64,000 nucleotides of DNA. Origin: the human T2T-CHM13v2.0 reference genome, Homo sapiens. The notes beneath the pieces are model-generated. The model saw only the letters and a program-made list of their open reading frames with translations, searched no databases and was not told where the DNA came from. Positions 1-11,539 of this stretch are shown piece by piece. Position numbers and translations under genes: made by a program. The stretch's first letter is position 1. Each line of letters starts with the position of its first letter. The stretch lies in assembly GCF_009914755.1 (NCBI RefSeq), contig NC_060932.1. One strand, 5' to 3'.

Positions 1-322
1 GAACTCTGTGTTACAGACACATTTCTTTCTCCACCAGCTTCCTTTGCTCTGGCTATCACAAGTGCCAGGTGTAGCCTGCTTTCTGAAACTGCAGAGATTT
101 AAAAGAAAGACCCCGTGGCATCTTCCAAGACTGAACACTAGCTGCTCTGAATGCAGCTGTCCCTCAGTCACTCTCAGTCTTGCCCTTCAGGCACTTCAGA
201 GAGCTCCTTCTGGAAGCATTCCATCCCTTTGTTGCTCTCGGCCAAACTTGCCAAACTCGCTTCTTGGCTTGTAAGTGTGTGCTTGTCTCTATGTAGGTGA
301 GTCATGGCCAGCCTGGAGCTTG

Positions 323-376
323 CCGCCCTCCCCCCGCGCCCCCCCACCACCACCACCCGCACCCCCCCACCCCCAC
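323..376 (-). repeat. C-rich low-complexity tract (G-quadruplex-capable on minus strand)
   Basis: ccgccctccccccgcgcccccccaccaccaccacccgcaccccccacccccac: at least 5 runs of C3 or longer. Confidence 0.6.
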
Positions 377-609
377 AACTGGTAGGGTGATTGCATTTAA
401 CTCATTTCTCACCTAAGTGCAGCCACCCGTCAGGACTCCCATGAATCTACAAGCGGCTTTTCCATCACTTAGGGTACGCAGACAGATTCCTCTTAAAATG
501 CTCCACACAGAACTCACAACGTGATGCCATGAAGTCTGTATTCTGTGATGTCATTACATGTGGAGGGAACAATGGGTGGGCTTGCTTTGTCAGAGTGGGC
601 TTAAAAACT

Positions 610-845
610 CGAGCTCTAAGGACTGACTCATCAAGACTTAAATCTCCAACTCTTCTGCCTGTCAGTGTGTCAACTTGGGTGGGAAACTTATTGTCTCAAC
701 ATTTATTTTCTCATCTGCACAGGGAGATTAAAATACTACCAGCCTCAGCCTTATTTTTGTTGTGAACTAAAAGAAATGATGAGTGTAAAGCGGTTATGCG
801 GTGGCCAGCACATAGCATGTGCCCTGTTAACAATCGTTGTTACCA
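610..845 (+). mobile_element. MIR SINE remnant
   Basis: Degenerate MIR core (ttttctcatctgcacagggagattaaaatac) and 3' end (gcacatagcatgtgccc). Confidence 0.6.
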
Positions 846-886
846 AAATGTATGTCCCACAAGCTATGTCAAAATGAGCTTCTAAG

Positions 887-1164
887 AAGTTGATTAATAG
901 GTTCACATATATGGTTTGATAGAAGGAGTAAGAACCAGTATCCAATAGATCAGTAGGGTAATTAGAGTTCTCAATAATCTATTGTACGTTTCAAAATAGC
1001 TAGAAGAGAATAATTCAAGCGCTTCTAGCATTAAAAAAGGACGAATATTGAAAATGACAGATATCCCAAGTACACCAATTTGATTCTTACAAATTATATG
1101 AATATATTATCACATGGACCCCTGAAAGTGTGGCTATCTACTATGCAACAATTAAAAATAATAA
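887..1164 (+). mobile_element. L1MA-type LINE-1 3' end fragment
   Basis: aataatctattgtacgtttcaaaatagctagaagagaa...gatatcccaagtacac...; ends in an A-rich tail. Confidence 0.75.
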
Positions 1165-3384
1165 GTGAGGGGGTCACAATGGAAATACATTTCTACGTAG
1201 AAAAATACATCCATTGATCACCAGAATGTTAAATGTACATTTCACTTCTTTTCAATGATTGAATCATATACTATTGGAAAAACTTGAACCTGAGTTTGGA
1301 ACACTAGCGAGGAGTGGCTTAAATCAGTTGAATATTCAGAGCTGGTAAAACAGTTCTGTGTATATATATGTGTGTGTACACACTCACACACACACACAGA
1401 ATCAACAGAAAGTCTGCAGTTCATTCATGCCGCCTCTTCTACCTCTCTGGATTCTGTGGTTCTGAGACCAGAACAGAGTACGCAGAACAGGAACGTAAAC
1501 CTGAATGTGTGCAATGGGCCTGACAAACAAGAAGGAGCAACCTGGAGCTCTGATCACTCAACCTCCCCGGACCTTGGATTCTTGGGCTATAAAATTATCT
1601 GTGTGGCCTCTCCCATCTTAACATGCCACCATTTCAAGAAGACAGGTTTTAATTGCAAGTAGCAGGTAGCAGTTCTCAAACTTTCTTTGCAAAGGTCATG
1701 CAAGGTGTTTATTTAAACACAAACTCCTGGAAACCACCCTGAGAAACGGATCATTGTGGACCTTGGTGCCCTCTGAAAACCAACTTGAAGAAAGGAATCG
1801 AAGCTGCATTGGCCCGTTGTCGTCAGCACATTGTTTTCTGCACCCAAAACACTCTCTTCCAGGTGCCCCTACTCACCTGTCACCTCTTGAGCCCCACATT
1901 GCTGCCTCCCATGCACTTCCGCTATTGTCCTGTTCTAGATATGGGCTTTTCTGCTTTTCTTTTGTATTTTTTTTTCCAGTTAGCTAAAATAATAAGCCAC
2001 TGGATTAGAAATAGGTGTGTTATTTCAACAAGTAATTATTTTCCTGAAAATGAAAGCTGGTGGGTCTATTTTAAGAGTTAATTAGCTGACAGGGGAACCA
2101 AATTTACCCTACAGTGCATTTCAACCTGCATTTCAGAAAAGTAATAGGGAATCACCTGCCAAGTTGCAGAGAATCCGTGAGAACAGAGAAGCAAACAGGG
2201 CAGCCAGTGCACCCAGCCAATCAGAATTCACCAGAGACCTGATCTAATTTTCCTCAGGGAGAGTAATAATAATGGTAATAAAGATTTTCTTTCATTTAAT
2301 GACTACAAGTCATCTTTCTCTCATTGCCATACTGCAAGTGGAGTGGTAGCCATAGAGAATGGCAGGCTCATGGCTGCCGGAAGCTGCAGACTTCACACAA
2401 GTCAATGAGGGAGCTTGGAGCTGTCCTCTCTGGTGAGGACTTCAGAGAGTCCACCTCTGCACTGCAGTCTGATGAGCACCCAGAATCCTGATGTGTCTTC
2501 TTGTTAGAAGGGGTCTCCTGGGTTTGTGCCCTACCAGGTGACATTCTGGCATTGCCCTGCTCCCTGGGTGAAGTCTCTATAATTCCTTTCCATTGTGGGG
2601 AGACACTCAGGCTACACTAACCCTTTTGGATGAGTTTCTTTAGTTTGTGCGGAGGCGTCACAAAACTGGGTGGAGGGCATTCCATCCCGACCAGGTGACT
2701 CCAGCCAAATGGGCAGCCTTAGTGACTGCTTCCACCACACACCCAGCATTACCATCTGCTCCGTACCACCCTGTAATGGGGACAGGCCTCTGCAATGATC
2801 TTATTGACAAGGGCACAACTGTCACTTACCCCAACACAATGGTCTACTTTGCAGAGGGAAATAATAAAGTCATTATCAGCTACATTTTGATAGACTCTTT
2901 CTTAACTGAGGTCATGCCCTGGCCTTCCAGCAGTGGTCTACAGTGAGCCCTGAGTCCGGCCCTTGCTCTAGTTCACCATATATTTCTCAGTACACATCAT
3001 CAACATACACTACACTACATCAACATAATTCTGAACGTGAATCTCGTGTGTGCCTAATGGAAAGGATGGTGCCTGATGGTCAGGCACTTGGTCCAACTGC
3101 AGAGACAATCATTGAGTCTTCCAAGAGGGCAGAATGGGGCTGAGTCTGAGGCAAAACCCAAGGCCCTGTGCCCACAGCCTGGACCTGCTCTGGCCAAGGT
3201 CAAATGCATTCCACAGTCTAGACACAGCAGTCAAGCATGAATGACCTGGAGAAGAGGGAACTCCCTCTCTGGTCTCAGTTTCCCCTTCTGTAAAGTCAGA
3301 GGATTGCTACTCAAAGCGTGATCTGTAGACCTGCAGTATCACTGTTCACAGACCATAAGCAAATCCGGCCCCACCCCGGGACAG

Positions 3385-3536
3385 GATGACTGTCCTGTCT
3401 GAGCCTCAGTTTCCTCATCTGTAAAGTGGGGCTAAGACCGCTTTTTAGCTTTGGGATGACAAATGAGTGAGATAACATGAGATAACATATATTAAGTACC
3501 CGGTACAGTGAGTGTAAATGCTCAATAAATGGGACC
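3385..3536 (+). mobile_element. MIR SINE (a second MIR core lies at about 3260-3310)
   Basis: tctgagcctcagtttcctcatctgtaaagtgggg core; taaatgctcaataaatg end. Confidence 0.8.
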
Positions 3537-3921
3537 AAATGAGCTAATCTTTAAAAATCTTCCTTCTGACTTGGGTTTGACGGCATGATTACAGCATTTA
3601 CAATGGGATGTGGGCTTGCAAATGTCTGCAACTCTCTCCTCTGGACGTTGTACTTCCTTTCAAGAGGCCAGTTAGAGTTAAAATCACTGTAATTGATGTA
3701 AGACTCCATCTCAGCTTTGAGAAACTCAAATATAAAGAAGGAAGTATTTCTTTTTTCAGAGATTTGTACTTAGGAAAGCCAAGCAGCTTCACTTTTCCCC
3801 CAAAACGTTATTGCTTGCACTGTGGGACCTGATCCAGTGGGCTGTCATGGACGAACGGCAACACCCACTGGGACCCTATTCCCTTTGTGTAAACAGAGCA
3901 GCTCCAAACCGCGGCCCTCCT

Positions 3922-3939
3922 GGGCCCCCTAGCGGCAGC
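3922..3939 (-). promoter_or_regulatory. Candidate CTCF binding site
   Basis: Minus strand GCTGCCGCTAGGGGGCCC matches the CCGCNAGGGGGC core and sits in a locally CpG-retaining GC-rich patch. Confidence 0.6.
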
Positions 3940-4229
3940 AGCGATGGGCACAACGTTCAAAGATCCCTCAAAGCCCTCGGGGAGTGGCCCTGGCAAAGGC
4001 AGCCCAGGAATGCCAGGCGGTTTTGCACCCCTCAGTGCCCCCAGTCTTCGGAAAGGTTGACCCCCGAGGCAGGGGCGCTTTCCCTGAGTCGGGACAGGTT
4101 CAGTGACTCTCAGCTTGTAACCTCCTGCCCCTGTCTGCCCCATCCTGAAGACACAGCCAAAGACCCAAACTCTATGCTTTGAGTATCAGCAATATCCCCA
4201 GATGCTAATATAGAAACGTGGAAACGCAA

Positions 4230-4402
4230 CGGCTTTGGAATCAGAAATACTTACATTCCAGTCCTGGCTAACCCATTTACTAGTTGAATATTCTTAGGCT
4301 AGTTACTTAATCACTCCAGGCCTCCATCTTCTCACTATAAAACAGGGGTGACAGTGCTTACCTCACAGGGGCGTTTCAATTATTAAATGAGAACATGCAT
4401 AT
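4230..4402 (+). mobile_element. MIR SINE
   Basis: ggctttggaatcagaa...agttacttaa...cttacctcacagggg...attaaatgaga. Confidence 0.7.
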
Positions 4403-4737
4403 ATATGTATGTATATAAAATTTCATACAGCTATAAACTAAAATATAGGTATCTCTATCAGTGAATATACACCCAGAGAGCGAAGGCACCTGGCCCTTGG
4501 GGAACACACACTTGCAGCTACTGATTACCGTTAACTACCCAGGTGAACACACCTAAAAAAATTGAAAAATTGTTTTTGCAGTTTTCATGTTAGGATCTGA
4601 AACAACCTATTAGTTACACTAGGACTTGACTGGTGGGGATAAGCCTCGGATACAGGAGGCCTGGGGCAAACAAGTTTTCTAGTTCTCTGACTCTACAAGT
4701 GCCATCTCCTCAAGGGAACTTTAAAAGCAGCCCTGAA

Positions 4738-4973
4738 GATGCAAAGGCATAAGAAAGATACAATGGACTTCGGGGACATGGGAAAAGGGTGCGGGGGTGG
4801 GGGGTGAGGGATAAAGGACTACAAATTGGGTACAGTGTACACTGCTTGGGTGATGGGTGCACCAAAATCTCAGAAATCACCACTAAAGAACTTACTCATG
4901 TAACCAAACACCACCTGTTCCCAAAAAAACCTATGGAAATAAAATAATAATAATAATAAATTTTAAAAAAAAA
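4738..4973 (+). mobile_element. 5'-truncated L1PB-type 3' end with TSD
   Basis: gggtgatgggtgcaccaaaatctcagaaatcaccactaaagaacttactcatgtaacc; TSD tttaaaa(g)cagccctgaa at 4720-4737 and 4974-4990. Confidence 0.85.
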
Positions 4974-6500
4974 TTTAAAACAGCCCTGAAAGGAAAGAAA
5001 ATCACAAAAGAATAGCTGTGAGTATTTGGATGCTAAGAGGGGAGTGTGTGACCCAGTTTGTCTTAGGAAAAGGGATATGGGGTTTGAGGCTTTGCAGGTG
5101 CACAGAACTGGGGAATTTTAATTAGAAGCTAGACTCTCTCCTTCTTGATCCTTCCCAGCTCCCTGGGCCATTGCCCAAACAGGGCTCAATCTAAAGTCCA
5201 TGAGTCAACAACACATAGTAAGGGTGTCTCTTTGCCAGTCGGTAGAAAACCTAAAATGTAGATAAGATGCAGGTGTTGATACAATCATCCTAAAGTCTGC
5301 CCTCTGGTTTTGCTAGAGAAATCCATGATCAATAATCTATTCTCCTAACCCATCCAACAAGAATCAACAACCCCTTTTATCTGAAGGAATCACTAGATGA
5401 AAGAACACAAGCTAAATGAATGCTATCTCTGCAATCTTTAGAAAAATAAAGTTATTAATGTAATCCAGTGAAAAGAGTATTGAGCATGTACTAGAGTAGG
5501 AAGATGTGGATAAAATCCAGTCCTCGAGAAGATCACAACTCACTGGAGGAGAGAAACATACTTACTCCCTAAATCAATAGTATAAAATAAATGCACACTT
5601 AGAGGGACAAAAGAGTACTAAGTAAACATTAAGAAAGGAAAAGTTCCTTCAAACTGCATTTTGGTGAAGCTGCTATATGCCAAGTTTTGCGCTCCACAAA
5701 GGAAAAGAAAAATGAATCAGATTTCGTCCTCAGCTGTGAGGAATTTTGTATCTCTCTGGGAAGACAGATGTTTAGGAAAAAAGTTATAATCCGATGTGAT
5801 GATGGTAAAGCAGTGTTCAGAGGCTACAAGAAGCAGAGGAAGGAAGAGGCATGTATCCATGCATATCAGGGAGGGCATCATGGAGGAAATGGCCTTGCGG
5901 GGGCGGGTAGGGAAATTGACTGACCAGCTCCTAACCTTTGGGCACCACCTTAAACCCAAATGGTGATGTTTAACCTCATGATATTGGCAATGGAGTCCAG
6001 AAAGTGTTCCACCACTTCAGGTTTAACTCTATTAAATTATTTATTCAGTATCCCTGACATTAAGCTTTGGTTCTCTGAAGTGGTTTTATCTTCTGCTGGC
6101 CAACAGTTGTCAAAGCTAAAAGAATTTCCTCTTACGCTCACTCTGTTTGTAGAAGAAATGGATGATATCTACTTTCTACAAATCATTACTTAATGGAGTG
6201 TTGCAAGACCACCATCTTTTGACCACATTCTCTTAATGAAGATGGAAAGCATAAATGGACAAAACCAAGCACTTCTATTCTGGTCTTGCCAAAACTAGCC
6301 AAATGGTGTTGTATAACTTGCACTTAAATATCACTTGTCACATGGGTGACTGGTAGAGGCTGCCAGGGCATGACAGTTGTCACGAGGAGGTCTCCCAATC
6401 AGCAGGTCGGGAGAGGTAGAAGCTGTTCCCGTTGCTGGAGCTTTCTTTATGGATGTTGATACTGAATCTGGAGGTAGTTCTTTAAGTTTGTTTAAAAGTG

Positions 6501-6702
6501 GCTCAGGAGTTCAAGTCCAGGCTGGACAACATGGCAAAAACCCATCTCTACAAAAAATACAAAAATTAGCTGGGTGTGGTGGTGCGCCTGTAGTCCCACC
6601 TACTTGGGAGGCTGAGGAGGGAGGATCACTTGAGCCAGGAGGTCAAGGCTGCAGTGAGCTGAGATTGCACCACTGGGCTCCAGCCTGGGCAACAGAGTGA
6701 GA

Positions 6703-6710
<8 letters not shown>
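6501..6710 (+). mobile_element. 5'-truncated AluJ
   Basis: Partial left arm, full right arm with J-type gaggatcacttgagcc/gaccctgtctc. Confidence 0.9.
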
Positions 6711-6761
<51 letters not shown>

Positions 6762-6763
6762 AC
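6708..6763. repeat. (TC)n(AC)n compound microsatellite in place of the Alu A-tail
   Basis: Seen directly. Confidence 0.95.
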
Positions 6764-7229
6764 GAGTGGAAGGCATCGTCCAGTATTGCAGTTACCAAGT
6801 GCTGTGCCAGTGTACAATATGAAGTTCTAGTCCTTCGTTATCTTAATGACTTTTTCTTTAGCTTCAACAAATGCCTTTTATTGTTGATCAATTTCCATGC
6901 AAAACACTTTACTTTAAAAAGCCCATATGGATACTAATTTTAATTTGACATAGAAAGTAAGGAAATGTTCAACACCAGCATGCAAATATTAGCAGAATTG
7001 ATTCATTTTGCTTTGAGCTAGAGTCTGTTGTAATTTTGCTTTCAACCTGCTGAATATTTCACTTTATTGTTATCTGCCCAGTTTGAATATCAATCCTTTT
7101 TACTTTTTAGGAAATATGCATATTTTAATGACAAAAGCGTTACATGTATACTGTCAAATATTATTCCCTACATTCAAAAACTAAACACAAAACAAACAAA
7201 AAAGACTCAATGCGGAAATGGTGGATTTG

Positions 7230-8205
7230 GGACTAGGGCAGGGAAACTTCAAGATGAGCCTGGGACTCATTGTCATTCCAGATGTGAGGAAGTGTTCCGC
7301 ACAAGGGTGAGAAGACCCTACAGAAACCAGCACAAAGGGATCCCACTGGCCATGTCATGAAGGGGATCCCAGGGGCCACATCAGACAATTTGAGCAAGGA
7401 AATAATGACACTACCGCATGAAATAGGAATCCATGAGTCTATGCTGAGGTAAGTAAATGAGTAAATAAATGCAAAGTGGAGAATGCTTTTTTTCCTCCGT
7501 CAGTGGAATACAATTAGTGAATCGTTGTACGAATTCACCCAATGATGCTGAATTGGTGGGTGAAAGTTCAAGAGAAATGCGACAGTCCATACTCTTAGTA
7601 CGCCTCCGTGCCGTAGAGGAAATCTGGCAGGCACCTCTTTAACCAAGTGATCAAGGTTAATTAACTTCGCCAGTAACTCGACAAACCGCAACCACCTATT
7701 TTGTGGTAGGATGCATGAAAGGAACATATTGTCACTTCATGAGATTGCCACCAAAATTGCATAATCTGAGTGTAATCATCAGACAAAACCAAATCGAGGA
7801 GCATTCTTTAAGACAACAGGCCTCTAACATACAAAAATGTCAAGGTCTTGAAAGACAAGAAAAGACACAGAAGACGTCCAGCCAGAAAGAAACTAAAAAT
7901 GTAGGACAGCTAAATTCAACGTGTGGACCGGATTGAATCCTCCTACTAGAAAGGACATTATTGCAATGACGGGAACCTTGGATTGAGTCTGTAGGTTAGA
8001 TTGTAATACTATATTAATGTTGATTTTCTGATTTTGATGGTTGCATTGGGATTATGCAGAGGAGTGTCCCAGGTTGTAGGAAATATTTGCTAAAGTATTT
8101 GGGCTCATGGACATTGTGCTGCAACTTACAAATTGTTCAAAAATAAAGCTCTTTGAACTAGTCCTGCAACATTTTAGCAAGCAGGAGATTATTTCAAAAT
8201 AAAAA
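7230..8205 (+). mobile_element. Ancient L1M (L1MC-like) 3' region
   Basis: ttaaccaagtgatcaaggttaa, aaatgtcaaggtcttgaaagacaa and attaatgttgattttctgattttgatgg motifs typical of L1MC 3' UTRs. Confidence 0.7.
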
Positions 8206-8700
8206 CAACCAGATGATAGGACTCCGAACGATATAAAAAATAAACTGTCAGAGGTGATAAGGGAAATAAAAAAAGACAAAATTTGTGACAAAATTTGGAA
8301 GCCATATTTGACACAGAATGTATCATTGATGCTGTTTAAAATTAACTCAGCGATGTTGAGACGTAACATCCACCATTTATCTGTGGATAAGAGACATCAC
8401 AACGACCATTTATCTGTGGAGAAAGCAGTGAAAAACCAAACAGATAAATGTGAAAAACGATTACAAGAAGGACAAATAAAAGAAAATCAAAATGTTCAAA
8501 ATTGTTCCTGAAGAAGAAAATAAAACAGAGGCAACAAAAAATAACCAGTTTTACTGTGAGAAAACTTTCCAGGAAAAAACAAACAAACAAAACAAAACAA
8601 AAAACAGGAATCTGTAGATTTGGGAAAAAAGAAAAAAGAAAATACCCCATCCTTCCAGTAAAATTAATAGAGAATTCATTGCTTAATTCAATATAAAAGA
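8206..8700 (+). mobile_element. Highly degenerate L1M ORF2 C-terminal fragment
   Basis: Translation NQTDKCEKRLQEGQIKENQNVQNCS resembles L1 ORF2 NPIEKWAK..RQFTEEEIQMANKHMKRCS. Confidence 0.4.
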
Positions 8701-9199
8701 AGACTCCTTCAGCATCTTGACATAATAACAAATCACCAGCAGTTTAGAGAAAATTTTAGCCTCAGGTATCTCAGCAGTACTGGATGCCACAAAAGAATGA
8801 AGATATGCTTGCACAGTGGTAACGAAAAAAAATGGTTTGCAAGTATTCCATGTCAATTTTATGAGTCATCATTTATTGGCAAGGAAAAAGAAAACATTCC
8901 TACCTTTCCAAGGACTGAGGATAGAGGCGACACATGGGATATATATGCGAAGACTATGGCAGAGTCTGCTGGTTGTGTCTCCTGCTTCCGTCAGGGACTA
9001 AACTCTGAAATGAAGAAGGCACACAGCCATCCAGAGTTACAATGACACTTTCCAAATTCCCTTCCATTCAGCTGTTGCCATGTTGATCAAGTTCTCTCTA
9101 AAGGAATCCAAGAAGTGCTGTGAGGGGCTTACAGGGAGGGGCCTGTCCTCTGTCTCTCTCCTTCTTCCGAGGAGGCCAGAGTGCCAGCAGTCTAGATCT

Positions 9200-9315
9200 T
9201 TAGGATTTACTTCATGAAGACACAGTCACAGCCTGGGCCACCCTGCTTCCAGACTTCTTTTGCGAGAGAGAAATAAACTCCTATCTTGATTAAGCCTCAC
9301 TTATTTTCTGATTTC
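9200..9315 (+). mobile_element. Old MLT1 (MaLR) LTR 3' fragment
   Basis: ccagacttcttttgcgagagagaaataaactcctatcttgattaagcc. Confidence 0.55.
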
Positions 9316-9438
9316 AAACACCTGTAATAAATTGACACTGAAATGATGCCAAATAAAGTATTAAATCACAAATGCAGAAATCATGTGTATGAAAGAAATC
9401 ATAGTGAATGTTAAACTCAATTAAACATAAGATAAGTT

Positions 9439-9760
<322 letters not shown>

Positions 9761-10055
9761 TTAAAAACCGTAGGATAAGTTAAAACAGTTGGGGTAAATA
9801 GAGTTAAAATGCCATGACATGCTATTATAACATTCTTGAAGTAATGTATAAATAATTTGATGATTGTGGACTGCAATAAAATCCACACTGTCAGCAGGTG
9901 GATGCAGCCAACTGATGAATACAGGTTACAAAGTGGAGATATAAGGAAAATGTGCTGATTTGTTAATCTTTCATGGGAGAAATCAATATATTCAGTTTCA
10001 TTTTTAAAATCGATGAATTAAGGAATATGGGTTTAAGAATATTACTTGATATGTC

Positions 10056-10480
10056 TGTGTCAACTAGGATTAGGTTTAGCTGATACTGAAAGAAAACCAA
10101 ATTGTAATGGTTTAACACTTTAAGAGATTTACTTTTTTTTTTTTTTCCAAATAAACTGAAGCTAGAGACAGGGAGTCCAAGGCTAGTACAGTTCAAATTG
10201 GTATAGAAATACGGGCTTATTCTTCCTGTTTTTCCTTTCAGCCTGTGGTATTTATCTCAAAATCATCCCATGTTCATAAGATAGGCATTGCAGCTTCAGC
10301 CATCACATCTGCTTCCAAGCACAAAAAAGAGAAGTAAAAGGGAGAAATGTTCAGCTAAGTTGTCTTACATCCCATTGTTTACACATAAATGCAAGGGAAG
10401 GTGAAAAAAATAGTCTTTAAGCCAAGCATATTTATATTCCTCAATAAGAACGGGGTTCTGTTAAGGACAAAGACGAGCAT
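10056..10480 (-). mobile_element. Old MLT1 (J/K/L-like) LTR remnant
   Basis: gtcaactaggattaggtttagctg...tgcagcttcagccatcacatctg. Confidence 0.5.
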
Positions 10481-10635
10481 GAATATTGAGAAGTGTGAAG
10501 ACCTATACGGTGGCTGCATAGTCACCAAACTAACAAGAGAGAAGAAAACAAAACTCAGAAGACAATTTAGCAAACTGCAAATATACCTTATTTCTAGTTG
10601 TTCCACAATGTTAAGAAAAAAAATGGATTGCTGAA

Positions 10636-11144
10636 TGCTATGGGTTGAATTGTGTCCCACAAAAATTCATACACTGAAGTCCTAACCCTAGTGCTTCAGA
10701 ACATGATTTGGAAATAAGGTCATTGAAGATGTAGTTACTCAAGATGTAATTAGTTAAGGTTTCCTTTTTGATAAGACACATTTCCTTTTTTATAGGACTC
10801 ACCAAGGAAGATGAGTTCCTAATCTAACATAACTAGTGTCTTATCAAAAAGGAAAATGTGGACAAAAACATACACACAAACACACAAAAAAGAACACCAC
10901 ATGAAGATGAAGGCAGGGATCAAGTGATGCTTCTGCAAGCCAAGAGATGCCAAAGATTGCCAGAAAGCCACCAAAAGCTGGGGAAGAGGCATGAGATGTA
11001 TCGTCCTCATAGCCTTCAGAAGAACCAACCCTGCCAGCACCTTGATATTGAACCTCTAGTCTCCAGTACTGTGAGAAAATGAATTTCTGCTGTTTAAGCC
11101 ACCCATCCTATGGTACCATGTTATGACAGCCCCAACAAATATAC
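10636..11144 (+). mobile_element. MLT1C-like MaLR solo LTR
   Basis: tgctatgggttgaattgtgtcc start; caagccaagagatgccaaagattgcc; aatttctgctgtttaagccaccc end. Confidence 0.85.
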
Positions 11145-11539
11145 TGGGGATCGTTGCTTTTCTTGTTACATATTTCTGCAGGATTGACTTTATAACTTTT
11201 TATTTTTATAAATGTATAAAGTTTATTTTATATATTCATATCTTTTACAAACAGAATAAAAATAAAGATGTTTTCTAAATAGGATGAGTTTGGTAATTTT
11301 TAATATTTGTTTAATTCTATAAGTTTACATTTCATAGGAATCATTGGCCTAAAAATTTTGACCAAATTTAACAGTGAAGCTATCTGGACACGAAACATGT
11401 CCTTTAGAGAGGACGTTTTTGTTGGCACCTTTTCTAGGTTTGACCTAGACCTAGGAGTCTAGGTCATTTCTTGTTTTTAATTTTTAGAAATTATGATCCT
11501 CCCTAGAAAAGCATCTGCTTAGAATTAAAAGGTGGTCGT

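Noticed and set aside
298-630. AP-1 motifs (TGAGTCA/TGACTCA), also scattered elsewhere in the window
   Set aside because: A 7-mer occurs about this often by chance in 64 kb; not informative without chromatin data
8670-9045. Stop-free frame of about 125 codons
   Set aside because: No recognisable domain, adjoins decayed L1M sequence, and no splice or start context
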